A DNA stretch of 42,906 nucleotides from a virus. Taxonomy: Duplodnaviria; Caudoviricetes. Shown piece by piece: positions 27,822 to 36,951 of this stretch; positions within the stretch are counted from its first letter, which is position 1, and the number at the start of each line of letters is the position of its first letter. The position numbers and the translations under genes were made by a program. The DNA lies in the IMG/VR virus record IMGVR_UViG_3300032330_000669, positions 1 to 42,906 of that record; one strand, given 5' to 3'. The notes beneath the pieces are model-generated. The model saw nothing but the letters and a program-made list of their open reading frames with translations, was not told where the DNA came from and ran no database searches.

Positions 27822-28189
27822 TATTCCTCATTTCCATACAATTGCATAGTCTTTTGTGCCGCCGCCACAGCGCCAAGGTCATTGAGGTTAGGGATAAGCC
27901 CTTCTTTCATTCTGCTTAATTGCTCACTATGTTCTTCTTCTGTTGCACGATTAATTCCAGCATAGAACCAAGGAGTACCTTCTGGCTGACCGTAGTGAGC
28001 AGCAGCAGTCTTTAATTCTGCCATCTTTGATAAATCTCCACGCATAGATGGAATGTTTAGCAGGTTTCCTTGACCATCGTGAAACAAGTGTCCACTTGGT
28101 AATTTCCAAAAATATAGTCCCCAATCATACATTTTTGGTATAAAGGTTAACTTAGAGTTACCAACTTTTCCGTTATTTTGCTCATTCAT
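27821..28189 (-). CDS. Hypothetical protein coupled to the portal gene
   Basis: 122-aa ORF with TAATG overlap with the portal; -10-like box 7 nt before the ATG. Confidence 0.7.
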   Translation of the reverse strand: MNEQNNGKVGNSKLTFIPKMYDWGLYFWKLPSGHLFHDGQGNLLNIPSMRGDLSKMAELKTAAAHYGQPEGTPWFYAGINRATEEEHSEQLSRMKEGLIPNLNDLGAVAAAQKTMQLYGNEE

Positions 28190-28196
28190 GTTACTA

Positions 28197-28205
28197 ATTG
28201 TACCA
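28197..28205 (-). promoter_or_regulatory. Extended -10 box TGGTACAAT, 7 nt before ATG 28189 (leaderless-type)
   Basis: TGGTACAAT-TAGTAAC-ATG. Confidence 0.6.
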
Positions 28206-28207
28206 GA

Positions 28208-31200
28208 TTATACGGGTTTTTGAACATAGTCTGACCAAGATGCGCCAATAATGATTGACGTTTGCTCTTGACGCATTTTCATTCCCATGTCATCATCAGA
28301 TATATAAGAATTTGTGGCGGTATAGGCTTTATAAATATTCTTTGGACCACTTAGATAAGAAGTCTTTCCTCCACTTACATAAACGTGCTCCCAAGTATCC
28401 TCATTCCAATAGGACCACACATTCGGGGGACTAATAACTTGTCCAACATCATCTTTGTTGAGAACATCGTTCCATTTACGCAATATTAAATCTCTTTTGA
28501 TTCCTAATGAATCTGCAAGAAAGTAAGATACGTTATCAAATGTAAATCCTCCGAATAAACTTAAAGTCCCTTCAGCAAAGTCGCTAAAATCTAATTCATC
28601 CTTAAAAGATATTCCAATAACATTCCATTCATCATTTTTAATTAAAGGATTTTTTACATATTTTCCATTTTGATAGAATGTGGGACTAGTTACTTCCTGA
28701 TAAGTTTTTACAGAATTAGATTCATTAACTGAAGAAACCGTAACGTTTATGGTTTTGGTATATGTATCTGGAGAATATTCACAATCCCAATAATTTGTCC
28801 ATTCATCAGTATAGGCATTTCCGCCATCAATGAAAAAAACATCTGGCTGACTATATGCCTTAATAACTGTTTCTGTAGAAGTTTTATCTAATGCCAAAAA
28901 TGTTATTCCATTTTTATCCTTAATTTCAAGAAATGGAATTTGATTTGCTGTACCAGGAAGATTTGTCATAAGGAAGAAATTCAATGCCCCAACCGTATAT
29001 ACCTGGGCCTTGTCTTTATTTATTGGAATTGTAATCCTGTACTGATTGATATCTCCTGTTGGTTGAATTGATGAAGGAGTAAGAACCTTTACTCCAGACT
29101 TTTTAGTGGTATATATGTAAGGAGTAGTCTTTTTTGATATAACATATGGATTCTTATTTTTATAATCTTTTAATCCATATAAATTGATTTCTGGATATAT
29201 TTTTGTTCCAAACTTTGTTCCAACATAATTTTTTTGAATTTCTGGATCAAGGTAGTTTGCGTAATTAAAATTCTTTGAAGATATTTCAAAACTCTTTATC
29301 TTTAAAGGATTTTTTAAGATTGATCTTTGGTTAATAACAAAATGAGCAACGATGGCATAATCTTCAAAATTATTCTTTTTTGGTGGATAAACAACAACAT
29401 CATCCATAAAAACAAATTTTGTTTGATACGCTTTTTCAGGCATATCATCAGTATTCTCTAAGTCTACATCAATAGAGTTAGTGTCTGATAATTCTTTGGT
29501 ATATGGAAAACTTGATAGCGGAGCATTTGCTCCGTCAGATAATTTTTGAAATGTAAAATATGTTTCAACAGATGACCCTTTTATGTCATTAACATTTCCA
29601 CTTTGATTGTTTTTCTTTAAATTGAAATAATTAATATAATTTATATGAACAGATTCTTTTAAATCTTCGTATGTTAATGAAGAATATTCATCCAAAAGTT
29701 GCTGATATTTCCACAATTCATTTGATTGTGGAGAAGCATAGCCCAAGTTTACCTGCAACATATCTAAATCGTATGTCATGTTTCCTTGTCCATTTTTTAC
29801 ATAACTAGCAAAATATGTTAATGGATAATATTCTTCCCATTCTGAAGAAATAGAAATATCTAAAAATAGTTGACCATATTCGTATTCTGGAATAAGTGTA
29901 TAACTGCTAATGTGATCGAATATTTCTTGATCTGTACCAGATTTTGAAAATCCATAATCATTGAAAGTTCCTGATATTTTATTATAATTATTCTCATTGC
30001 AAAATCCAACAGTATATATTTTCCCTTCAAAGGTATTTAATGAATTGCCACCCACATATAATTGTATTGAAGATGGAGAAGAAAAGAATCTTGAAATGTC
30101 TGATCCGTAGTATTCTGTTGCTTTTTCAAAATTAATTCCAACAACAAAGGGTTTATTTATTTCTGCTGACTGAAAAGAATTTTCAAGTTCTATTCCATCA
30201 AGATAGTATTTTATTTCGGTTCCTGTTATATTTATGTCAAAGGATTGCTCATTTATAACATTGACAAAACTCATTAAGGTTCTTGAATCTTCAATGTCAT
30301 CCTTTATTTCAAAAACTCCGTATACAGCAGAAACTGTATCTTTGAGTATGTTTAATGTGGGGAAATTTAAATATGATTGGCTTATATAGTCTGTTCCAGA
30401 AATTCTATTCCAAGTTGTTCCATTATCTTCAATATTTGGTCTAAAGGAAATAAAATGTGGAGTTGTATTTGTTTCAGATTCTAACTCATATATTGATTTA
30501 TTATCTTTATACCATTGATAAATATCCCTATCACCAATATTTATAATTGGCAAAGAATAGTTTGGAACAGACAAATAATTTTTATTTGCGTCAATGTTAT
30601 CAAAATATCCTGCATCCCATCTAGCAATATCTGGGTATATTATGCTTGAATTATATTCTGCCGTAGAAAAGTCAATGCTTGCTGGAGTTCCACCAAATTT
30701 ATTATCTATGGTTTGAATTGCAGGAGAGCCTTGTCCATAAACAAATCTTCTTTTGGCTACAGAGTTTGAAACAATATACGGGAAAACTGAGATACAATCT
30801 ACGCTAAACATTTTTATTGATGGATAAGAATATATTCCCCACCAATCTCCATCATTTGGCAAGTCTATTGTGCTTCTATTAAAGGGAACCTGAATAACCT
30901 GTTCGCCATTAATAAGTAGGCAGACGGTATCCTCCTTGATTAATAAATGTAAAAGCATTGGTCTATACCATTCGCCAACACAATGAGATGCTATTTCATT
31001 TCCGATAACTAAAGTAATGAAGCCTTCTTTTACATAAATACCACTATTTCCAAATAATGGACCAATTATCTTTTTTGCAGAAGTAGTTTTTGGATCTATT
31101 TTTATCCACATTTCAAGAGTATAAATTTTATTTCTACCAGCATCGTTAAGCATTCCTTTACCTGGGAATATAAAAGATGGAAATGTTGAAGAATTGTATG

Positions 31201-31999
31201 AATATATTTTTGTACAACTATCTGATCCATAAATTATTGGCATACCGTCATTTTTTGCCATTAAAAAATTATTATTTACAATATAATAACCATTGTCAAA
31301 AGATGTTCCATATTGATCTGCTACCATTCCAGATAGGTCTGAAAAATCTGCCCCTACAGAATCTGGCAAAGAAATTACTGCATTGCTGCCAAGATTTTCA
31401 TAGCAGGATGTTTCTGACTCTTGACCAACAGATAATCCATTTAAAATTACATAACCGTTAGAACCCGCTCCAAAGGTGCTAAGAAAATCAACTTTTATAA
31501 TAAGTTTTAAACTTCCATTCCAGTTTTCTGGAAGAGCGTAGGTATGATTAAAATTTAACCAAGAACTTGTTTCTGGAGGTGGTATTTCGTCAGAAAGAAC
31601 TTCTTGAAGTTGGTTGTTGTCATCAAGATAACTATATCCAACTTTAAACCAATTTATAAAAGTTGCTTCTTGATAGAGCCAAAAATTTACACAAAATGTT
31701 GGAATTTTACTACTAATATCATTTAATCCAAAAATAACTGGCGACACCGCTGTGATTGTGCCCGCATCAGTATTTGTTTTAGTTATTGAAGAATAAACAT
31801 CAGATTCTATTGGCAAGATACTACTTGGAAGAGGATATGGAGTGTCATCTGCTACACAATCTGCAAGAGTCCAATTACTAAATTTTCTATCTTCATCATC
31901 TATTAGTGAAATATAATATACTGAATCATCCATGCTCCACATGGCAATTGGATGTTCTGCAAATACCTTCTCAGCATATTTGTTTCCCGAAATGCTCAT
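28208..31999 (-). CDS. Large putative virion protein with LamG/ConA-like jelly-roll domain(s), about 1263 aa
   Basis: Start moved to ATG 31999 (the longer start overlaps nrdJ and a hairpin); HPIAMWSMDD, YTLEMWIK and LLINGEQ LamG-like motifs. Confidence 0.65.
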   Translation of the reverse strand: MSISGNKYAEKVFAEHPIAMWSMDDSVYYISLIDDEDRKFSNWTLADCVADDTPYPLPSSILPIESDVYSSITKTNTDAGTITAVSPVIFGLNDISSKIPTFCVNFWLYQEATFINWFKVGYSYLDDNNQLQEVLSDEIPPPETSSWLNFNHTYALPENWNGSLKLIIKVDFLSTFGAGSNGYVILNGLSVGQESETSCYENLGSNAVISLPDSVGADFSDLSGMVADQYGTSFDNGYYIVNNNFLMAKNDGMPIIYGSDSCTKIYSYNSSTFPSFIFPGKGMLNDAGRNKIYTLEMWIKIDPKTTSAKKIIGPLFGNSGIYVKEGFITLVIGNEIASHCVGEWYRPMLLHLLIKEDTVCLLINGEQVIQVPFNRSTIDLPNDGDWWGIYSYPSIKMFSVDCISVFPYIVSNSVAKRRFVYGQGSPAIQTIDNKFGGTPASIDFSTAEYNSSIIYPDIARWDAGYFDNIDANKNYLSVPNYSLPIINIGDRDIYQWYKDNKSIYELESETNTTPHFISFRPNIEDNGTTWNRISGTDYISQSYLNFPTLNILKDTVSAVYGVFEIKDDIEDSRTLMSFVNVINEQSFDINITGTEIKYYLDGIELENSFQSAEINKPFVVGINFEKATEYYGSDISRFFSSPSSIQLYVGGNSLNTFEGKIYTVGFCNENNYNKISGTFNDYGFSKSGTDQEIFDHISSYTLIPEYEYGQLFLDISISSEWEEYYPLTYFASYVKNGQGNMTYDLDMLQVNLGYASPQSNELWKYQQLLDEYSSLTYEDLKESVHINYINYFNLKKNNQSGNVNDIKGSSVETYFTFQKLSDGANAPLSSFPYTKELSDTNSIDVDLENTDDMPEKAYQTKFVFMDDVVVYPPKKNNFEDYAIVAHFVINQRSILKNPLKIKSFEISSKNFNYANYLDPEIQKNYVGTKFGTKIYPEINLYGLKDYKNKNPYVISKKTTPYIYTTKKSGVKVLTPSSIQPTGDINQYRITIPINKDKAQVYTVGALNFFLMTNLPGTANQIPFLEIKDKNGITFLALDKTSTETVIKAYSQPDVFFIDGGNAYTDEWTNYWDCEYSPDTYTKTINVTVSSVNESNSVKTYQEVTSPTFYQNGKYVKNPLIKNDEWNVIGISFKDELDFSDFAEGTLSLFGGFTFDNVSYFLADSLGIKRDLILRKWNDVLNKDDVGQVISPPNVWSYWNEDTWEHVYVSGGKTSYLSGPKNIYKAYTATNSYISDDDMGMKMRQEQTSIIIGASWSDYVQKPV

Positions 32000-32006
32000 A
32001 TATACC

Positions 32007-32015
32007 ATTATAGCA
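32007..32015 (-). promoter_or_regulatory. Extended -10 box TGCTATAAT, 7 nt before ATG 31999 (leaderless-type)
   Basis: TGCTATAAT-GGTATAT-ATG. Confidence 0.6.
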
Positions 32016-32019
32016 AGGT

Positions 32020-32040
32020 GGGTAGCCTCAACCACTACCC
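32020..32040 (-). terminator. GC-rich hairpin after nrdJ
   Basis: GGGTAG...CTACCC stem starting about 20 nt after the nrdJ stop; no clear U tract. Confidence 0.5.
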
Positions 32041-32060
32041 CGCCCAAGCCATCCGACCTA

Positions 32061-34007
32061 TTAAGCAGTTTTAACAATATCTACAACTTCACAAGCGCCT
32101 GCAACGCAAGCAAGATCTTGTGTTCCAGTAGTTGTATCTTCTAGTTCATAAAGAGGCAAGGATTGCCAAGGAATATTTTTTGGCATTTTTGCAAATGCCT
32201 CTTCATGCTCTTCCTTGGTAATTTCTTGATATGGTGCTTGCTTGTATGAATGCTCAGATGCTGGAAGGAAAGATATTCCACCAATGGCATCAAAATTCTT
32301 ATATACCCAAGCACCAACTTCTAGCCATTCATCTTCTGCAATATTAACAGTTACAGAGGGATTGTGTTCTGTCCAAAATTCACGATATGTCTTCCACATT
32401 TCTAGATGATCAATAGCAGACAAATCCTTTGTTACTGTTGCTCCATCTGGAGACTTTATTGGAAAATAAAATACAGTGGTTGAATCTGGTTTCATAACAT
32501 CTGGTTCATTAGGAATATTAAAATCCTTAAGGAATTCTGTTAATGGATCTTTATTATCTGCTCTTACTGAACGAATATAATATTCTGAATACCAAGGATG
32601 GATTCCACTTGATACCCCCGTCAACTGAGAAACAGTGCCAGAAGGCTTTACTGTTGTTACAGCAGTAGATTGCTGAATACCAAGTTTTTCTGCCTCAGCA
32701 GCATTTGTATCAACAGCAACCTGACGTAGGTTTGTCAAAATTTGTGGTAAAGCAGAATGATTTGTTCCAGTAATAGGATTACCAAAAATACCAGTAAGGG
32801 AAACGCCAAGAAGTCTTTCTTCTTCGCTATTATCTTTCCAAATCTTTCTAATGTACTTAAAGTTTGTAAGTGTCGATTGCCATGTACCAAGAATGGATGC
32901 TAGACGAATCTTTTCCGCAAGTGTATCCTCTGTATCCTGTGCATCAATAACGACTTCAGTTAGATTGCAAAACTGATTGGGGCGGAGAAGGATTTCGCCA
33001 CAAGGGTTAGTGCCTGCAACCTTGGAAGAGTCACGCCTTCCGAACTTGTCAATATGCTTTCTAACGGAATCCATGTTATAGATCCCACGTTCTCCTGACT
33101 TTGACTCATAGAGATTTCTCCATTCTCTAAGGAACTGTGCTGTGTTTGGCTTCATGTTGTATACCGCTGAGTTATTGGCAAGAGCACGCTGTCCTTCTGT
33201 CTCCCACCACTGTCCTGACTTAGCCTTAGCCATTTCAAAATCATCAAGGTTTGAAAGAGAGATGAGGGCGGAACGACGAACACCACCAACAACAACTACC
33301 TCACCAATCTTACACATAATGTCGTGTGCCTCAATTGGCTTTAGTCTGCGACCAGCAGCAATCTTAAATTGCTCAACTGTAAACTTAAATAGATCACTTA
33401 GTGGCTTAGGGCCAGACGCACGACCACCAAAAGTCTTTAGTCTTGCTCCTGCTGGACGAACCTTTGACATGTCCCAGTTTGGAATCTGTCCCATAACCAA
33501 AAGACCAATGAGTTCCTTATATGCCTTTGCCCATCCCAACTTGCTATCCTCAACAATAACAGTAGTGTTAGTTGGAAAGAATTCGTCTGCAATAACTGGC
33601 AACTGAGCAACATACTTTTGCTCAACAGAGAATCCTACTCCAGTTCCATTCATTAGAATATACATAGCCTCATCAAAGGATCTCAGGCTATCTACGGCGA
33701 TAAAAGAACAATTGTATGCTGCAATGTTGTCTCTTTCTAATGCTGGCCCAGCAGTCATCATGGCACGCATAGAAGGCATAACTTTATGATTAAGAATTGC
33801 ATCTCTTACCTGTGCAAACTTAATATCATTTTCATCATAATTAAAATTATTTACAAGGTGATTCTTCATAAATGTCATATAACGATCCACAGTTTCTACC
33901 CATGTTTCCCTCCTGTTCTTATCTTCCATCCAGCGGGAGTATCTTGAAACATGAATAAAGTTGCGGTATGGATCTGAAATAGACCCATTTTCGTCAATAA
34001 ATGACAT
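32061..34007 (-). CDS. nrdJ: Class II (adenosylcobalamin-dependent) ribonucleotide reductase, monomeric RTPR-like
   Basis: AYNCSF, GTGVGFSV, GGVRRSALIS, GTNPCGEI (thiyl-radical Cys), TVKPSGTVSQL and C-terminal CVAGAC; ATG 34007 with GAAGGTG RBS. Confidence 0.93.
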   Translation of the reverse strand: MSFIDENGSISDPYRNFIHVSRYSRWMEDKNRRETWVETVDRYMTFMKNHLVNNFNYDENDIKFAQVRDAILNHKVMPSMRAMMTAGPALERDNIAAYNCSFIAVDSLRSFDEAMYILMNGTGVGFSVEQKYVAQLPVIADEFFPTNTTVIVEDSKLGWAKAYKELIGLLVMGQIPNWDMSKVRPAGARLKTFGGRASGPKPLSDLFKFTVEQFKIAAGRRLKPIEAHDIMCKIGEVVVVGGVRRSALISLSNLDDFEMAKAKSGQWWETEGQRALANNSAVYNMKPNTAQFLREWRNLYESKSGERGIYNMDSVRKHIDKFGRRDSSKVAGTNPCGEILLRPNQFCNLTEVVIDAQDTEDTLAEKIRLASILGTWQSTLTNFKYIRKIWKDNSEEERLLGVSLTGIFGNPITGTNHSALPQILTNLRQVAVDTNAAEAEKLGIQQSTAVTTVKPSGTVSQLTGVSSGIHPWYSEYYIRSVRADNKDPLTEFLKDFNIPNEPDVMKPDSTTVFYFPIKSPDGATVTKDLSAIDHLEMWKTYREFWTEHNPSVTVNIAEDEWLEVGAWVYKNFDAIGGISFLPASEHSYKQAPYQEITKEEHEEAFAKMPKNIPWQSLPLYELEDTTTGTQDLACVAGACEVVDIVKTA

Positions 34008-34043
34008 ATGAACACCTTCCATTTTGAATTGTAGTAAAGCACT

Positions 34044-34072
34044 ATTGTAGCAACTTCTTTTAAAATCCGCAA
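34044..34072 (-). promoter_or_regulatory. Sigma70/SigA-like promoter of nrdJ
   Basis: TTGCGG-N17-TACAAT with extended -10 (TGCTACAAT). Confidence 0.6.
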
Positions 34073-34126
34073 TGCGGTATGAGGGAAGTATTAAAAAATA
34101 TTATAGTGATAACTATAACAATTTAA

Positions 34127-34663
34127 TTACCATTTACCTTCTGGGCATACTGCCCTAGAGAGGGTGGTTTTTAATTTCATTACGCATCCACAGGAAGTAC
34201 AAACTCCAAGTTTTAATCTTGGGCAGGAATTGCATATACTCATACGACTATTCCTTAACTCTTCTGAAGCATGTTCTTCTTTAGGATTTAGTAGATCCCA
34301 AGGTCTGACAATTTTTGGCTTTAATGGACTTTTTGCCTTTATAACTTCTATTGTTCCTGATTCATCTAGCATCGTATGACCATCAATATGAACAAGTTTT
34401 ATCTCATACTTTGTTTTTCCTAATGGAAGTATATTAGAGTCAGAAATATTTACTTCTGCCGTCATTAAATCCGAATCATTCTTTTTTATTAATGCAACAT
34501 TCTTGCCTAATACTAAATTTTCTACTGTATTATCTGGTTTTATTAGATTCGCATGGGAAGTAGAAAAATCTAAAGTAATTCCTCCACTTTCTGTACGACA
34601 CAAATCTTTTACTTTCCAAATAATTTCAATAGAATTTCCTTGTTCAACAATATATTTTTTCAT
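34127..34663 (-). CDS. Beta-sandwich N-terminus fused to a six-Cys CxxC...CxxCxC...CPxGKW domain (DUF6171-like)
   Basis: C-terminus RMSICNSC...CTSCGCVMKLKT...CPEGKW aligns with the 40377..40580 protein. Confidence 0.7.
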   Translation of the reverse strand: MKKYIVEQGNSIEIIWKVKDLCRTESGGITLDFSTSHANLIKPDNTVENLVLGKNVALIKKNDSDLMTAEVNISDSNILPLGKTKYEIKLVHIDGHTMLDESGTIEVIKAKSPLKPKIVRPWDLLNPKEEHASEELRNSRMSICNSCPRLKLGVCTSCGCVMKLKTTLSRAVCPEGKW

Positions 34664-35169
34664 AATATTTTATACCATTCTGTTCCTGAATCTGTATATC
34701 CTTGAGATAGTGGTGTTTGATTTGCTGTATAGTATGGGGCTGTAGTTCTTGTTGTTCCGTGACATTGCCAGCCTTCACATGCGCCAACCTCTGGATGATA
34801 AGTTCCACAGTAACAGTAATATGAACCATCTGGATGTAAGGGTGGGCCACAGTTATCATAAGACTCGTAGCCATCACAATAACTAGTTCCAGGATGATAT
34901 ACATCATTTACATATGCTTTTCTTTCTATATAGGTTCCTATGCTTAAAAATCCTTTTGCAGTTTTTGCATATACATATGTGTATGAATTAACATCTGGAA
35001 GAATAACTTTATTGGAAGAAAAATATGCTATAGAATTAGAAAGAGAATAAATATATAAATTATTATATGAATTAATAGTAAATTGACCATTTCCTGCATA
35101 GGAAAGTGAAGGTTTATCTGCGGGAATTCTTCCAGCAGCAGCACTTATAGTAGCAGCAACAAAAGACAT
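34660..35169 (-). CDS. Putative fibre-tip protein with Cys/Tyr/His-rich C-terminal region
   Basis: AAGGAGG RBS; six Cys within about 35 aa; follows the fibre-like gene. Confidence 0.6.
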   Translation of the reverse strand: MSFVAATISAAAGRIPADKPSLSYAGNGQFTINSYNNLYIYSLSNSIAYFSSNKVILPDVNSYTYVYAKTAKGFLSIGTYIERKAYVNDVYHPGTSYCDGYESYDNCGPPLHPDGSYYCYCGTYHPEVGACEGWQCHGTTRTTAPYYTANQTPLSQGYTDSGTEWYKIL

Positions 35170-35198
35170 TTACCCTCCTTTCTAAAATATTATAAAAT

Positions 35199-36032
35199 TT
35201 ATTCGACAGTATCGCCAAAAACAATCCAAAAATCTATATCTCTTTTTATTATTGTAGCCACTGACCATTGATCTTTTAATTTTAATCCTGGCGTTCCTAC
35301 CACAGTGGTACTCATTGCATTTTCTGCCTGAATAGTTGTTTGTCCAAGACCTAATTGAGTAATCATAATTTTTGTTCCAATTGGAAATTCTACTGAGGAA
35401 TTTGCAGGAATTTTCAAAGTATTTGCTGAACCCGAAGCCATTTCAATCATTTTTGAAGAATCTGAAAGAACAAGCGTATAGGAAGAACTTAAAGAATTAT
35501 TTATTGATATATTTAATGGAGAATAAACAGAAGACAAATTATTTATAACTGTAGAAAGACCATTGATATCAGAGTCAGAAATTTGTTCCCAAGAAGCAGT
35601 AACACCATCTGTTTTTAAAAATTTACCAACATTTCCACTTACAGATGGAATAACACTATTTACTGCTGTAGAAACAAAAGCAGTTGTTGCTAACTTTGTA
35701 GAAGAATCTCCAAGACTTTGTGTTATGGCAGTAGGGTTTCCAGTTAATGCTGGAGATGCTAATGGAGCATATGTTGAGAATGCATCTGCGCTTTTAATAT
35801 ACCCCTGATTAATGACAAATGCTGTCGTAGCAAGTTGTGTTGTTGAAGTATCAACTACTGCTGTTGGTGCCAAGGGTGTTCCAGTAAAAGTAGGAGATGC
35901 TAAATTTGATTTTAACAATAATTTTTCTTCTACCTTTTCTGCCAATAGTTGCATGTCTCCAGCAACATCTACAGCATCTGTCTGTAAAGGATATGGTAAT
36001 TGATAAGAATATGTTTCTCCACTAGCAGCCAT
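35199..36032 (-). CDS. Tail-fibre-like protein
   Basis: LPYP N-terminus, two ASPxxTGxPxA...TxLATTAFV fibre repeats, GKFLKTDG motif, C-terminal YTLVLSD...WIVFGD domain. Confidence 0.75.
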   Translation of the reverse strand: MAASGETYSYQLPYPLQTDAVDVAGDMQLLAEKVEEKLLLKSNLASPTFTGTPLAPTAVVDTSTTQLATTAFVINQGYIKSADAFSTYAPLASPALTGNPTAITQSLGDSSTKLATTAFVSTAVNSVIPSVSGNVGKFLKTDGVTASWEQISDSDINGLSTVINNLSSVYSPLNISINNSLSSSYTLVLSDSSKMIEMASGSANTLKIPANSSVEFPIGTKIMITQLGLGQTTIQAENAMSTTVVGTPGLKLKDQWSVATIIKRDIDFWIVFGDTVE

Positions 36033-36038
36033 AATAAA

Positions 36039-36047
36039 ATTATACCA
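36039..36047 (-). promoter_or_regulatory. Extended -10 box TGGTATAAT, 6 nt before ATG 36032 (leaderless-type)
   Basis: TGGTATAAT-TTTATT-ATG fills the whole intergenic gap. Confidence 0.6.
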
Positions 36048-36908
36048 TCAGGCTACTAGATCTCCAGCAACTACCCATAAATTTGTACCCCTTTTTATAA
36101 GAGTTGCCATTGCCCATAATGTTCTAGTTTTTCTTCCAGGAGTAGCATCGGGGGTGAATCCGTTTCCAGCAATTGTTATTTGTCCAGAACCTGTCTGAAG
36201 GACTACAATATATGTCCCTACTGGAAAATTTACTGAAGCGTCTGCGGGTATTGTCAATGTTGTTGCTGATGCTGAATTTATCTCAATCATCTTACTTTGA
36301 TCAGATAAAACTAAAGTATAAGATGCTGTCCTAGCATTTGTTCCTATTGTTGTTATTGGAGTTGTTAAAGTTTTATCTGTCAATGTTTGTGCTCCAGAGA
36401 CTGTTACAACGTCTACCATTGAAGAGCCATTATAAGAAGACAACTTGCCAGTACTATCTACCTTGGCTACCGTGGCAGCATTTGTCTTCCATTGTTGTAA
36501 ATCAGCAGTCTGTCCACTTGCACCTTGAATAGCCAACGGAATTACCGAGATTCCAGTAGGAGTGATCAAGTTTCTTGTTGAAGCGGTATCGTTAGAAGAT
36601 GGCCCCATTTTTATATATGAAGAACTATTAGTGCCGCCAGGAGTAGATGAGGTTCCCACTACTGTCTCAATATATGCTAATCTTGATTGAACTGGAAAAG
36701 GTGTAGGAGATATGTTTTCATATCCTATGCTAGTTATAACTCCACTTATTTTATTATCTATCTGAAGCAATCTATTCTCTATGCTATTTGTAGCAACAGA
36801 ACCATTTGTTCCACCCATGTGGTAGTACTGAAATGCCTCATAGATGCTTGCATTGTCTGCAAGCACTGGCACAGTTACCTTATAGTTGGTTCCTAGTTCA
36901 TTGGGCAT
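36048..36908 (-). CDS. Tail-fibre-like protein, paralog of 35199..36032
   Basis: GQTADLQQW, QTLTDKTL and the same C-terminal YTLVLSD...WVVAGDL domain; AGGAG RBS. Confidence 0.75.
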   Translation of the reverse strand: MPNELGTNYKVTVPVLADNASIYEAFQYYHMGGTNGSVATNSIENRLLQIDNKISGVITSIGYENISPTPFPVQSRLAYIETVVGTSSTPGGTNSSSYIKMGPSSNDTASTRNLITPTGISVIPLAIQGASGQTADLQQWKTNAATVAKVDSTGKLSSYNGSSMVDVVTVSGAQTLTDKTLTTPITTIGTNARTASYTLVLSDQSKMIEINSASATTLTIPADASVNFPVGTYIVVLQTGSGQITIAGNGFTPDATPGRKTRTLWAMATLIKRGTNLWVVAGDLVA

Positions 36909-36924
36909 TATTGTCTCCTATTCA

Positions 36925-36933
36925 ATTATATCA
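36925..36933 (-). promoter_or_regulatory. Extended -10 box TGATATAAT upstream of 36908
   Basis: TGATATAAT followed by AGGAG and ATG. Confidence 0.55.
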
Positions 36934-36951
36934 CTGTGTTTACTGTTGCAA

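Noticed and set aside
31999-32077. Longer N-termini given by the ORF track (32077; also 11069, 23315, 34022, 38269, 40398)
   Set aside because: They run through promoters, hairpins or upstream genes; downstream ATGs have better RBS, coupling or -10 spacing.
32061-34007. Intein or intron in nrdJ (also considered for the helicase)
   Set aside because: Lengths are normal, motifs are contiguous, and no splicing or homing-endonuclease signatures are seen.
34025-34056. NrdR boxes upstream of nrdJ (CTACAAT twice)
   Set aside because: Spacing does not fit the 16-bp NrdR palindrome; better explained as -10 elements.
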